NCBI GenBank assembly: GCA_036679645.1
Contig: JAZDCY010000019.1
Location: 1-18,886, forward strand
Length of the DNA stretch: 18,886 bases
Direction of reading: 5' to 3'
Source: Gemmatimonadota bacterium
GTDB taxonomy: Bacteria; Gemmatimonadota; Gemmatimonadetes; Gemmatimonadales; GWC2-71-9
Made by a program: the position numbers and the translations under genes. Of the stretch, positions 1-9,100 are shown in pieces. The notes below the pieces were generated by a model. The model worked only from the letters and a program-made list of their open reading frames with translations, ran no database searches and was not told where the DNA came from. Positions within the stretch are counted from its first letter, which is position 1. Every line of letters begins with the position of its first letter.

Positions 1-1131
1 CCAGGGGGCCACGCTTGCGGGCAGCGGTGTCGTCGCGTCGATCAGAGATGCGAGCAGCAATCCCGTGCCCACGCCGGCTGCCGCGCCGATCGCCGCGGTG
101 GTCGTGGACTCGACTAGGAACTGCCGCAGAATATCGCGCCGACGCGCGCCGAGAGATTTGCGGATCCCGATCTCGCGGGTCCGTTCCGCGACCGACATGA
201 GCATGATGTTCATGATGACTATGCCGCCCACGACGAGGGAGATCCCGACGAGCATCGGCAAGGCGAGCATCAACACGCGATTGATCTTGGCCCAGAAGTC
301 CAGCACCGCGTCCGCCGTCTCGAGCGCGAAGTTGTTCTCCGTGCTAGGCCGCAGCTGCCGGCGCGTACGCATTGCCGCTTCTGCATCGGATAACGCTATC
401 GCCAGCTCGCCCTGGGACTCGGTCTTGAGGATCAGCGCGTCAATGACGCCCGGCGGATTGACGAACCGTTTTGCGGGTCCGTGTGCCGTCGTGACGGCGA
501 ACTTGTCGAGCGAGATTCCAAAGAGGTTGCCCTGCCGCTCCACGACGCCAATCACGCGGTACGGGATGTTGCGGATCTTCACGCGGCGGCCAATGGGGTC
601 AAGGTCCTCGAACAGGCGTTCCGCCAGCTCGTGTCCGATCACGAGGACCGGGGCACCGGCCTGCACCTCCTGAGCGCTGAAGGCACGGCCCATCTCGATG
701 GGGAGACTCTTGATGTCGAAGTACCGTTCGGTTGCGGCGGTGACCTCGATACCGGAAGCAACCTTGCCGCGCCACTCGAGATCCGCTCGGGCCGTGGACT
801 CCCAGGCTGAGATGTGTGGGACCGTAACCGCAGCGTCTACCGCGTCGGCGTCCGCATAGCGAATGCGCGGACGGCGGATCCAGCTGAGCCACGTTTCGCG
901 CGAGATCTCACCGGTTTCGAAGTACGGAAACCGGCGCATGTTGAAAGTGTTGACACCCAGCAACGTCCCTGCGAACCGGTCCGTCATGTACCGGTTCATG
1001 CCCTCGACGATCGACACGACAGCAATCAGAAACATGACGCCGATGAACACGCCGGTGACGCTGAACGAGGTCTTCATCTTGTTCGTCCAGACGGTCTTGA
1101 GCGCGAGGCGCACGGCCTCGAAGAACTGCAC
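1..1131 (-). CDS. ABC transporter permease, FtsX/MacB-like (YknZ-type); 3' end runs off the window
   Basis: Not in the ORF track because there is no stop in the window. Manual translation from GTG at 1131 (overlapping the ATPase TAG) gives MQFFEAVRLALKTVWTNKMKTSFSVTGVFIGVMFLIAVVSIVEGMN... The C-terminal part carries the FtsX signature ISLVVGGIVIMNIMLMSVAERTREIGIRKSLGARRRDILRQFLVES. Confidence 0.93.
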   Translation of the reverse strand, partial: MQFFEAVRLALKTVWTNKMKTSFSVTGVFIGVMFLIAVVSIVEGMNRYMTDRFAGTLLGVNTFNMRRFPYFETGEISRETWLSWIRRPRIRYADADAVDAAVTVPHISAWESTARADLEWRGKVASGIEVTAATERYFDIKSLPIEMGRAFSAQEVQAGAPVLVIGHELAERLFEDLDPIGRRVKIRNIPYRVIGVVERQGNLFGISLDKFAVTTAHGPAKRFVNPPGVIDALILKTESQGELAIALSDAEAAMRTRRQLRPSTENNFALETADAVLDFWAKINRVLMLALPMLVGISLVVGGIVIMNIMLMSVAERTREIGIRKSLGARRRDILRQFLVESTTTAAIGAAAGVGTGLLLASLIDATTPLPASVAPW

Positions 1132-1832
1132 TAAGCCGCTCGCCGCAACGTATCGGAGTGCACACGCCCGTCTCGCAAGGTCACGACCCGATGGGCGTGG
1201 TCGGCGATGCTGGGTTCGTGCGTGACCATGACGATCGTCTGGCCCTGGTCGTGCAACCCCTCGAAGACCCGCATGATGCCCTCGCTCGTGACCGAGTCGA
1301 GGTTTCCAGTCGGCTCATCCGCGAGCAGGATGCTCGGCGCGTTCACCAGCGCACGCGCAATTGCAACGCGCTGCCGCTGCCCACCGGAGAGCTCGCTAGG
1401 CTTATGATGCATCCGATCGGCGAGACCGACGCGATCGAGCGCGTTTTCGGCGCGCCGCCGCCGCTCGCTGGATCGGACGCCCGCATAGATCAACGGCAAC
1501 TCGACGTTGTGCAGTGCGCTAGCGCGCGGAAGCAGGTTGAACGTCTGGAATACAAAGCCGATCTCGCCATTTCGCACATGGGCCAGCTCGTCGTCCGACA
1601 TCTGAGAAACCTCGGTCCCGTTCAGCCAATACTCGCCCGCACTGGGGGTGTCGAGGCAACCGATCAAGTTCATTATGGTCGACTTGCCCGATCCCGAGGG
1701 CCCCATGATCGCGACATACTCGTTCGAGCCGATCTCGAGGTCGACACCGTCGAGAGCGCGTACGGTCTCGGCGCCCATCACGTACTCGCGAGCGAGCGCC
1801 CGCACCTGAATCAACGGCCGGTTCTGCGTCAT
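1131..1832 (-). CDS. ABC transporter ATP-binding protein, MacB/LolD/YknY-type
   Basis: Walker [21 protein letters not shown], signature [15 protein letters not shown], Walker [14 protein letters not shown]-loop MVTHE. Overlaps both neighbouring genes. Confidence 0.97.
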   Translation of the reverse strand: MTQNRPLIQVRALAREYVMGAETVRALDGVDLEIGSNEYVAIMGPSGSGKSTIMNLIGCLDTPSAGEYWLNGTEVSQMSDDELAHVRNGEIGFVFQTFNLLPRASALHNVELPLIYAGVRSSERRRRAENALDRVGLADRMHHKPSELSGGQRQRVAIARALVNAPSILLADEPTGNLDSVTSEGIMRVFEGLHDQGQTIVMVTHEPSIADHAHRVVTLRDGRVHSDTLRRAA

Positions 1833-3082
1833 GACCCCCTCCCACGCTCGTTGCCGCCCTCGGCCATCGGGCGTACTTGCGTGCTGTCGCGGAGGTCGCG
1901 AATGGCCTGATATGGCCCGGCGACGATCGTGTCGCCGACGCTCAACCCCTCGAGGACCTCGAAGTGCTCTTCGCCCGCGATGCCGACCTTCACTGGACGG
2001 AACTGCGCAATGCCGCCCGCGACGATGAACACTCCCTCGGTCTCCTCATCAGCTTTCGTCGTGTCCTGCGGGGCGTTCTCGGTCGAGATCGGCGTGTGCT
2101 CCCGAATGGTCAACGCGATGATCGGAATGCTCAGCACGCTATCCCGGGTGTCCGTCACGATCTGTGCGGTCGCCGAAAGATCGGGACGTACGTTAGGCGG
2201 CGGATCGTCGAGCGTGATCTCGACGTCATAATCCACCGCACGGTCACCCGACCCGCCGACCTGACCGAGCACGGCGCTCTGCGAGATCTTGGTGACACGA
2301 CCGCCAAACGTCGTGTCGGGGAATGCGTCGATGGTCACTTCCGTTGAGTCCCCGATCGCCAGCCGTACGACATCTGTTTCATCTACCTGGACCTGTACCT
2401 GGATTACCGACAGATCGCTGACCGTCATCAGCAGACCGGTCTCGCGGGAAAACGTACCCGGAACGGCGACCTCGCCCTCCTCGACCGCCACGCGCGTGAT
2501 CTGTCCATCCATCGGCGAGCGCAACACGGTCTTTGCCAACTGGTCACGTGCCTCGCGCAGACCGGCACGTGCCTGGTCGACCTGACGCTGGCTCGAGAGC
2601 AAGATCGCTTCCGCGATACGGAATTGCGTGTCCGCCTGTTCCAACTGCTCGTCGGAAACCAGGTTCGGGTCGGTGGTCCTGAGCTCGCGCGACCGCCTCA
2701 GGGCCCGCTGGGCCTGCTCGCGGTTGGCCTCCGACTGAATTGCGCTGGCTGCCGCAGAAGCCAGCAGTGCCTCTGCCCGCGCCACCGCCGCTTCGTACGT
2801 GGACGGATCGATCCGAATGAGGAGATCGCCCGCACTGACCCAATCCCCTTCCTCCGCCCGAATCTCGATGACGCGTCCGGTGATGTCGGCACTGACATCT
2901 ACCTGCGTTTGCGGTTGGATCTTGCCGCTGGCCGTCACCGAGGCGACGAGATTACGCTGGTCGACCTCTTCCAGGCGAACCGCGACTCCGCGGTCACGCC
3001 CGCCAGCAATGTTGCTGACGATCAGGACGACGACGACAAGGCCGACGATCCCGCTGATAACCCATCTTCGTTTGCGCGCCAT
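1829..3082 (-). CDS. Efflux periplasmic adaptor (membrane fusion protein, MacA/HlyD/YknX-like)
   Basis: N-terminal TM anchor, lipoyl-like half motifs ([36 protein letters not shown]), coiled-coil hairpin, VDETDV, C-terminal [19 protein letters not shown] upstream. Confidence 0.95.
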   Translation of the reverse strand: MARKRRWVISGIVGLVVVVLIVSNIAGGRDRGVAVRLEEVDQRNLVASVTASGKIQPQTQVDVSADITGRVIEIRAEEGDWVSAGDLLIRIDPSTYEAAVARAEALLASAAASAIQSEANREQAQRALRRSRELRTTDPNLVSDEQLEQADTQFRIAEAILLSSQRQVDQARAGLREARDQLAKTVLRSPMDGQITRVAVEEGEVAVPGTFSRETGLLMTVSDLSVIQVQVQVDETDVVRLAIGDSTEVTIDAFPDTTFGGRVTKISQSAVLGQVGGSGDRAVDYDVEITLDDPPPNVRPDLSATAQIVTDTRDSVLSIPIIALTIREHTPISTENAPQDTTKADEETEGVFIVAGGIAQFRPVKVGIAGEEHFEVLEGLSVGDTIVAGPYQAIRDLRDSTQVRPMAEGGNERGRGS

Positions 3083-3097
3083 GATCTGCGTTATCTC

Positions 3098-4588
3098 CTA
3101 GCGCAGCGCCCGCCCCACCGCTGCTTCCAGCGAGGCGATCGACTGATGATATGTGTACACCGCGTTGATGTAATCGGCCGCCGCCTGCTGCGACGCCAAT
3201 TGAGCGTCGAGCAACTCGAAGAAGGTACCCGATCCCACACGGTATCGTTCGGTGGCCAGCCGCAGTTGCTCCGAGGCGGCCACACGGTTGCGTTCCTGAA
3301 TCCCGATTGTCTGGTAGGCCGTCTCGAGCGAGTAGAACGCCTGGCTCACGTCGGTACGGACCTGGAGGCGCCTGGCTTCCATCGCTTCCCATGCGTCGTC
3401 GGCTGCCGCGGCGGCCGTTGACACGCGCTGAGGCCGGCCGAATTGGGTGAAGATCGGGAGCGAGATCGAGACACGGGCCGAGAATGGCTGGCTCGTGAAG
3501 TTGAATGGGAATACTTCGTTCTGCGACCGAATACGCGCCTCGTCTGTTGACGTCAACGCGAGCGAGTTGCAGTCGAGTGGCGTTGCACCGGCGTTCAGCC
3601 AGTTGGCATTCGTGAAAATGCATTCGTCTTGATTGGCGAGGGCGCCCAAACGGGCGCGGTCCACGTCGAAATTGCTATTCGTGTTCTGTTGAGTGAACCC
3701 GGCCCAGCCAGCAGAAACATTGAGGCTCGGGAGCCACTCCGATTTTGCCGCGGATTCGCTGGCCCGCGCAGCTCCCGCCCGCGCCCGCAACGTGTTCACA
3801 TCCGGATTGTCGTTTTCCGCCGCCGCCAAAAGCGCGGAAAGCGACCAATCCGGTTCGACCACTGGGAAGCTATCGGTCATGGTGACGACGGACGGATCTT
3901 CCGGGGCCGCTACGCCCATCTGCTGGAAGAGCCGGAGCTTCTCGACCGTCACCAACTGGCGCGCCTGTAGCAGTCCGACCTCCGACTGTCCCTCCGCGAC
4001 CTCGGCCTGTCGCACATCCAGCATCGTGGCCTGCCCGACCTGGAATCTGGCCTGCGCGAGTCGCAGGAACTCCTCGTTGCGGGTGAGTTGTAACTGGGCG
4101 AGCCCTACCTGCGCCTCTGCCTGCAGGATTGCCAGGTATTGCTGCCGCACCGAGGACTCGAGATTCGTGCGCGCACCGTCGATCGCCGCCTCCGCGGCGC
4201 GGAGCTGTGACTTGGCCAGCCCCGGCCCTGCCAGCGTGGCGCCGGAGAAGTTCCACGCTAGTCCCAACGAGTAGCTCGAGCCGAGCGTGGCCGGCTGTGG
4301 AAACTTCGTCGCGCCGAGGTTCAACTCGCCGGAGCCTTGGTAGGAGAATCCCATGTTGGCGTTGAACGACGGCAGGAACAACTGACTGTACGCATTGCGC
4401 ACGGCCCAAGCAGCGGGTCCGCGGTCGTTGGCGACTTGGCGAAACGTCGGGCTGTGACGAGAAGCGAGCTCGATGGCCTCTGAGAGCGACAGGCTCTGCG
4501 GGACGGATGGGACGGCCGGTCGCTGTGCGGCTGCGGGGACGGCTAGCGTCAGTGCAAAGCCCATCATGGCAAGGGTGCGTGCTAACAT
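3098..4588 (-). CDS. TolC-family outer membrane efflux protein
   Basis: Start moved to ATG 4588 (GAAGGAAG upstream; signal peptide MLARTLAMMGFALTLAVPAAA|Q). LSLSEAIELA start and two OEP repeats (ARFQVGQATMLDV; ERYRVGSGTFFELLDAQ), ending LEAAVG. Confidence 0.93.
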   Translation of the reverse strand: MLARTLAMMGFALTLAVPAAAQRPAVPSVPQSLSLSEAIELASRHSPTFRQVANDRGPAAWAVRNAYSQLFLPSFNANMGFSYQGSGELNLGATKFPQPATLGSSYSLGLAWNFSGATLAGPGLAKSQLRAAEAAIDGARTNLESSVRQQYLAILQAEAQVGLAQLQLTRNEEFLRLAQARFQVGQATMLDVRQAEVAEGQSEVGLLQARQLVTVEKLRLFQQMGVAAPEDPSVVTMTDSFPVVEPDWSLSALLAAAENDNPDVNTLRARAGAARASESAAKSEWLPSLNVSAGWAGFTQQNTNSNFDVDRARLGALANQDECIFTNANWLNAGATPLDCNSLALTSTDEARIRSQNEVFPFNFTSQPFSARVSISLPIFTQFGRPQRVSTAAAAADDAWEAMEARRLQVRTDVSQAFYSLETAYQTIGIQERNRVAASEQLRLATERYRVGSGTFFELLDAQLASQQAAADYINAVYTYHQSIASLEAAVGRALR

Positions 4589-4636
4589 TGTTCTTCCTTC
4601 GCGTGTGAATACGGTGGTTCCAATGACCCGCACGAG

Positions 4637-4665
4637 AATACGCGCTGGACGCGGGGAAGGTTTCA
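4637..4665 (-). promoter_or_regulatory. Putative ECF sigma factor promoter (SigW-like) for the efflux operon
   Basis: Minus strand reads TGAAAC-cttccccgcgtccagcg-CGTATT (TGAAAC-N17-CGTA), about 50 nt upstream of the tolC-like start. The B. subtilis SigW consensus is TGAAAC-N16-CGTA. Confidence 0.6.
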
Positions 4666-4724
4666 TGGTGTGACGCGAGCGGTCAGATTGGGCCGGTGAG
4701 CGGAGGGTGAGCCCCCGGCAGTGC

Positions 4725-5327
4725 TTAGCGTAACTGACGTTCTGCTACGAGGTTACGCGATGGAATCGTGACTTTCATGAGCCGGCCCTGTGCGTCGAAC
4801 CAGATGTGATGCGTATCGTCGGGGAGGGTCAAGACGACGTGCCTGAGCGTGCGGCTCGCGGTACCGAGTGTGGTCTGCTCCATGCCACGGTCCTCGAGCG
4901 TGCCGGCCGCCCGCGTACCGGCGCGGGGGTAGAGAACGTTAACCGGTCCGGGCTCGGTGGCGGCAGCGACCGCGTACAGCCCCAGCACCCATTCGTCTGC
5001 CAGCAGGGTATTCGCCCGATTCGGATACTCCCGCGCGGTCTCACCGCTGATGGTCGCAATACGAATGGTGACCCTGCGTGGGCCAAACCGGGCGAAAGTA
5101 CGCACGGACGCCGTATGCGGGTACTCGTTGATGACCGTTAGGGTCCAACCGGGTCGGCCGGTGGCGTCGGCCACTCGCCGCAGCGCAATCTCTTCCCTGC
5201 CTACGACCTGCCCGTTGGCGCGCACCACAAACACCGCCTCGTCAACAGGCGGAATCTGGCAGGCGGCCTGCAGCGGGTGTGCGCAGACAGCCGCCGCGAA
5301 AACGGCGCCCAACAAGCGGGAGGCCAT
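4725..5327 (-). CDS. Exported hypothetical protein, predicted beta-rich
   Basis: Strong SD AGGAGG 4 nt before ATG; signal peptide MASRLLGAVFAAAVCAHPLQA. The C-terminal HIWFDAQGRLMKVTIP is typical of beta-sheet exported DUF proteins. Confidence 0.8.
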   Translation of the reverse strand: MASRLLGAVFAAAVCAHPLQAACQIPPVDEAVFVVRANGQVVGREEIALRRVADATGRPGWTLTVINEYPHTASVRTFARFGPRRVTIRIATISGETAREYPNRANTLLADEWVLGLYAVAAATEPGPVNVLYPRAGTRAAGTLEDRGMEQTTLGTASRTLRHVVLTLPDDTHHIWFDAQGRLMKVTIPSRNLVAERQLR

Positions 5328-5335
5328 ACGTCCTC

Positions 5336-6106
5336 CTAGTCCCCTTCGCGAGCGGACGGCAGCTGGCGACCAAAGATGCGGGCCGCAATCCGCTCATAGA
5401 TAACATTATAGAGTCGGCGTCCCTTCTCAACCGAGGCGAGGGTCGGCCGTCCCAGTGAGCCCGGGCTTTCCGGCGGAATCCGGGAGGTCGCGCGACGATA
5501 TGCCCGGAGCCGGCGCGAGGCGGGGATGAAATCGGTAGCCTCGTCGAGCTCGACGAGACTCGCGTCGATGTAGAGCAAGAGCGACGTATCGAATTCGCCG
5601 CCGTGAATCGGCACTGGCTCTTCCTGAGGGAGCGGCACGCTGAAAATGTCCACCGTGCGAATCTCAGCCGACTGGGTACGGAGTGTGGTGAGCGCCTCCT
5701 GGTGTGGGTCGTTGCCGTGGGCCGTGATGATGACGAACCGCTCTATGCCACCGACCTCCCACGAGCCGACCAGGTCGTTCATGAACCGGTGGAGGGTCTT
5801 GCGGCGAACCGTGGCGTTCCCGGGGTACACCGTACGCGTGACGGCATTGACCCCATATTCTACGGTGGGCGCGCGTAGGACGCCGAATTCCTGCGAGAGG
5901 TCGTCAGCCAGTCGCTCGACGATGATCGTGTCCAAGCCGAACGGGAGGTGGGGGCCGTGCTGTTCGGTCGTGCCGACTGGCACGATGAGCCGCGGGTCCC
6001 GGTCTATGATCTCGCGGACCTCGGGAGGAGTCAGGTACTTGAGCGCCAGGGGGTGGCGGTGACCCGCCGGCGAGTCGGTCAGTGGGAGCTCGTGGCTCTG
6101 TTCCAT
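5336..6106 (-). CDS. Creatininase-family amidohydrolase
   Basis: Start moved to ATG 6106 (AGGAG upstream). Motifs LIVPVGTTEQHGPHLPFGLDT, YGV, PGN, ITAHGN, IHGGEFDTS and G-x-LGRPTLASVEKGRRL match the family. Confidence 0.9.
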   Translation of the reverse strand: MEQSHELPLTDSPAGHRHPLALKYLTPPEVREIIDRDPRLIVPVGTTEQHGPHLPFGLDTIIVERLADDLSQEFGVLRAPTVEYGVNAVTRTVYPGNATVRRKTLHRFMNDLVGSWEVGGIERFVIITAHGNDPHQEALTTLRTQSAEIRTVDIFSVPLPQEEPVPIHGGEFDTSLLLYIDASLVELDEATDFIPASRRLRAYRRATSRIPPESPGSLGRPTLASVEKGRRLYNVIYERIAARIFGRQLPSAREGD

Positions 6107-9100
6107 GGGCTCCTGCTGGGTGCGTGGCTGCTGCACCCGGTTTGGGGATGGGCACTTGCGGTTTGCGGATCGGGCCTGTTGACGGTCGTTCTGGGGATCG
6201 GGGCACGTCGAGCGACGGTTCTGTTGGTCACCGGTATTGGGCTCGTGGCTGTCGGTGCCGCGCTGAATACCACCGCACGGGTCTCGCGCGTCGAGCGGGC
6301 GTGGGGCACGGACTCGACCGGAGTCAGATGGCAGCTGGTCGATGACGCGTTCCGGCACCTCGATGACGTGCTGCTGTCCTCGGTCGATCGGATCCAGGAC
6401 ATCGCCGAACGGGCGGAGGCGCTGGTAGACGGGGAGCGGGCCGCCGCCTTTGCCAAGCTGGAGGATGCGGTTGAAGGGGACGGCGCGGAGGTGGGTGTCC
6501 TGATACTCGACGGCGAGCAGCGGCCGTGGGCGTGGGCTGGACGCCATCGGCTTCCTTTTTCCGCGGTCGTCACCGGACTCGACGTGCGCATCACTCCATT
6601 CTACGCGACGCTGGACGCGTGGCGCCAGACTGAGAATGGGTACACGGTGGTTGCCCACGTGCTGCTCGATGCGGACCAGGCCGTCCCGGACCGCGAGCGC
6701 ACGCTCCGAACGCGGTTCGCGATTACCAGCGGTGTAGACCTCGAGTTCTACGCTGCCGGCCGCGGCCCGTGGGCGGACGTTTTCGACTATTGCCTGCCGT
6801 CGTGTACAGCGACGGACGTGGTCCCCGATACGCTGTTCAGCGTGCGACTGGTGCCACCTACGCAGGGGACTTACAAGCTGGACCTGCTGGCCGGTGGCGA
6901 GCGGCGTGTTGCGGTGCTGATCGGTCTCTTTCTGCTCGGTGCGATGCTGCTGGGCGGCCGCCTCGCGCGGGGCGGTGCGCTGCTGGCGTTGGGTGGCTTG
7001 TTGGTCTTCACGCCTGCCGGAAGCGACCTGCGCTTGGGGACTCTGTTCTCCCCGGCGACATTCTTCACGGAGACCCTTGGACCCGTCTCCGACTCGGCGG
7101 GTGCCCTCCTCACGACCGCTATCCTCGCGCTCATTGCCGCGGTTGCGCTATTCCGGTGGGGCGTGCGCCGCGGGATGGCGACTATCGGCGTGGCGGCGGT
7201 CCTGATCGTGACGGCGCCGTATCTCCTCGGCGAGCTTGCATCTGGGATCACACCTCCCGCGGCGGGATCCGATGTAGGACTCTGGCTTCAGTGGGAGTTG
7301 CCGATCGCCGTAGCGAGCGCCGCGCTCCTGCTTCTCGCCGCGGGGTTCGTCCGTGGCCGCGACCTCGCCGCGCGGGCCCCGGGATGGATGTCGCTCGTGG
7401 CCGCCGCCTGGGCCGTCGGTGCGGCCCTCGTTGGATTGCTCGTGTGGCAGCCCATCTCCGGGTGGCCGTACTGGTACCTCTACCTCTGGCTGCCGGCCAT
7501 CGTGTTCGCCATTCAACCGGGTCCCCGACTCCGGGTGGTCGCCACGTTGGCCGTCGTGTCGGGATCGGCGTCGGCGCTGCTCACGTGGGGCGCGGCGGCC
7601 GATGGCCGGCGGCTGCTGGCCGAGCGGGACATGGTGGGACTGCGCCAAGGTGGTGATCCGGTAGCGGTGGGGCTGCTGGAGCAGTTCGGGTCCCGACTGC
7701 AGGAGGAGGAGTTGCCGCAGAGTGCGGCCGAGCTGTTCAGTCGGTGGAGCCGATCCTCCCTCTACGAGGATGGGTACCCAGCGCTCCTGGTCGCGTGGTC
7801 CCGCAACAACGCCGTCCTAGCACGACTCGACCTGGCGGAACTCGCGTTGGCCGATGAACTCGCCGTCCTGCAACGGCAGGCGGCCGCGGCCGTGGAAACG
7901 CACGTCCCGGTCGTGCGGCAGTTGGAGCGCGTTCCGGGAATGCACTACGTCCTGTCCGTTCCGTATCCGGACGGGTCCGCTGTCTCGGTCGCCATCGGCC
8001 CACGGTCGCGCGCGATCGCCCCCGTGCGGATCGCGCAGTTTCTTCGCGGTGAGCCAACGCTGCCACCGCCGTATCAGCTCACGCTTTCCGAGCCCATCGT
8101 GGGGGCGGTTCCGCTCGGACCGAATGCGATCACTTGGCGGCGTGATGGCCGAGTCGTGCGCGGTGAGGCATTGCTGCAGATCTCGGATGCCGCACGTCAC
8201 CTCCACGCGGCCGTCCAACTCGGCACGACCAGTGGCGTCCTGATCCGAGGTGTGTTGGTCGTCGCGCTCGACGTGGCGTTGATCGTGTTCCTCTGGCTGT
8301 TCGGCGAAGCCGCCCTGGGAGGCGTGCGGGTCCCGCCAGTCCTGATCGAACTCGTGTCCGGTCGCTCCTATCGCACGCGGTTGGGGCTGGCGTTCGCCGT
8401 GTTCTTCGTCATTCCCACGGTCGGCTTTGCTGCGTGGTCTGCCCGGCGACTGCAGGTGGAGGCTGAGGGGGCGCGGGACCTCGTCATTCGCCAGACCCTC
8501 GCCGACGCCGCGGGCACCGTCACCGAGTTTCCGGGCATGCCGGCCATCGTGGCCCGCGAGTTCCTCGCGGATCTGGGTGGGCGGCTCAGCTCGGATCTCG
8601 TGTTGTACGAGGGGAGCGAGCTGTCGGAATCCTCGGCGCCGGTCCTGATCGAGTTGAGCGTGCTGGATCAGTATCTCTCCAGGAACGTGGAGCGCGCGCT
8701 CGTCATCGGTGATCAACTCGAATACTCGACCAGCGAAGTGATCGCCGGCAGTGAGACGCGCGTCGGCTACCGCGATCTCGGGGGCAGGGAAGGACGTGAG
8801 GCAATCCTGGCGGCGCCGCGGCTCGTGGAGGACCCGTTGCTCATTCGGAACGAGCAAGATCTCCTGTTCGGCCTGCTCCTCGTGACCCTCGGCGGCATGG
8901 TGGCGGCCGCGGTGCTCGCGACCGTCGCCGCGGGCGCGCTTGCCAAACCGGTGCAGGCGTTGCGGGAGGCCGCGGAGCAGGTGGGCCGGGGCGTCATGCC
9001 CAGTCCGTTCGGACGGGACACGCCCGGTGAGTTCGTGCCGGTGATGACGGCCTTCGAGCGGATGGCGAGCGACGTAAGCGCCTCGCGGCGCGCCGTCGAG

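Noticed and set aside
65..4274. Many long + strand ORFs opposite the efflux operon (e.g. 65-673, 1158-1910, 2624-3421, 3693-4274)
   Set aside because: Antisense shadow ORFs typical of high-GC DNA, with no motifs. The minus-strand genes have clear family signatures.
1..4588. Efflux operon as the dedicated exporter of the peptide cassette
   Set aside because: It lies more than 11 kb away, is separated by unrelated core genes and has its own promoter. Nothing in the sequence links the two.
6107..6658. 184-aa N-terminal extension of the creatininase ORF
   Set aside because: Lies antisense to the kinase TM-coding region. Family similarity begins only after ATG 6106, which has an SD.
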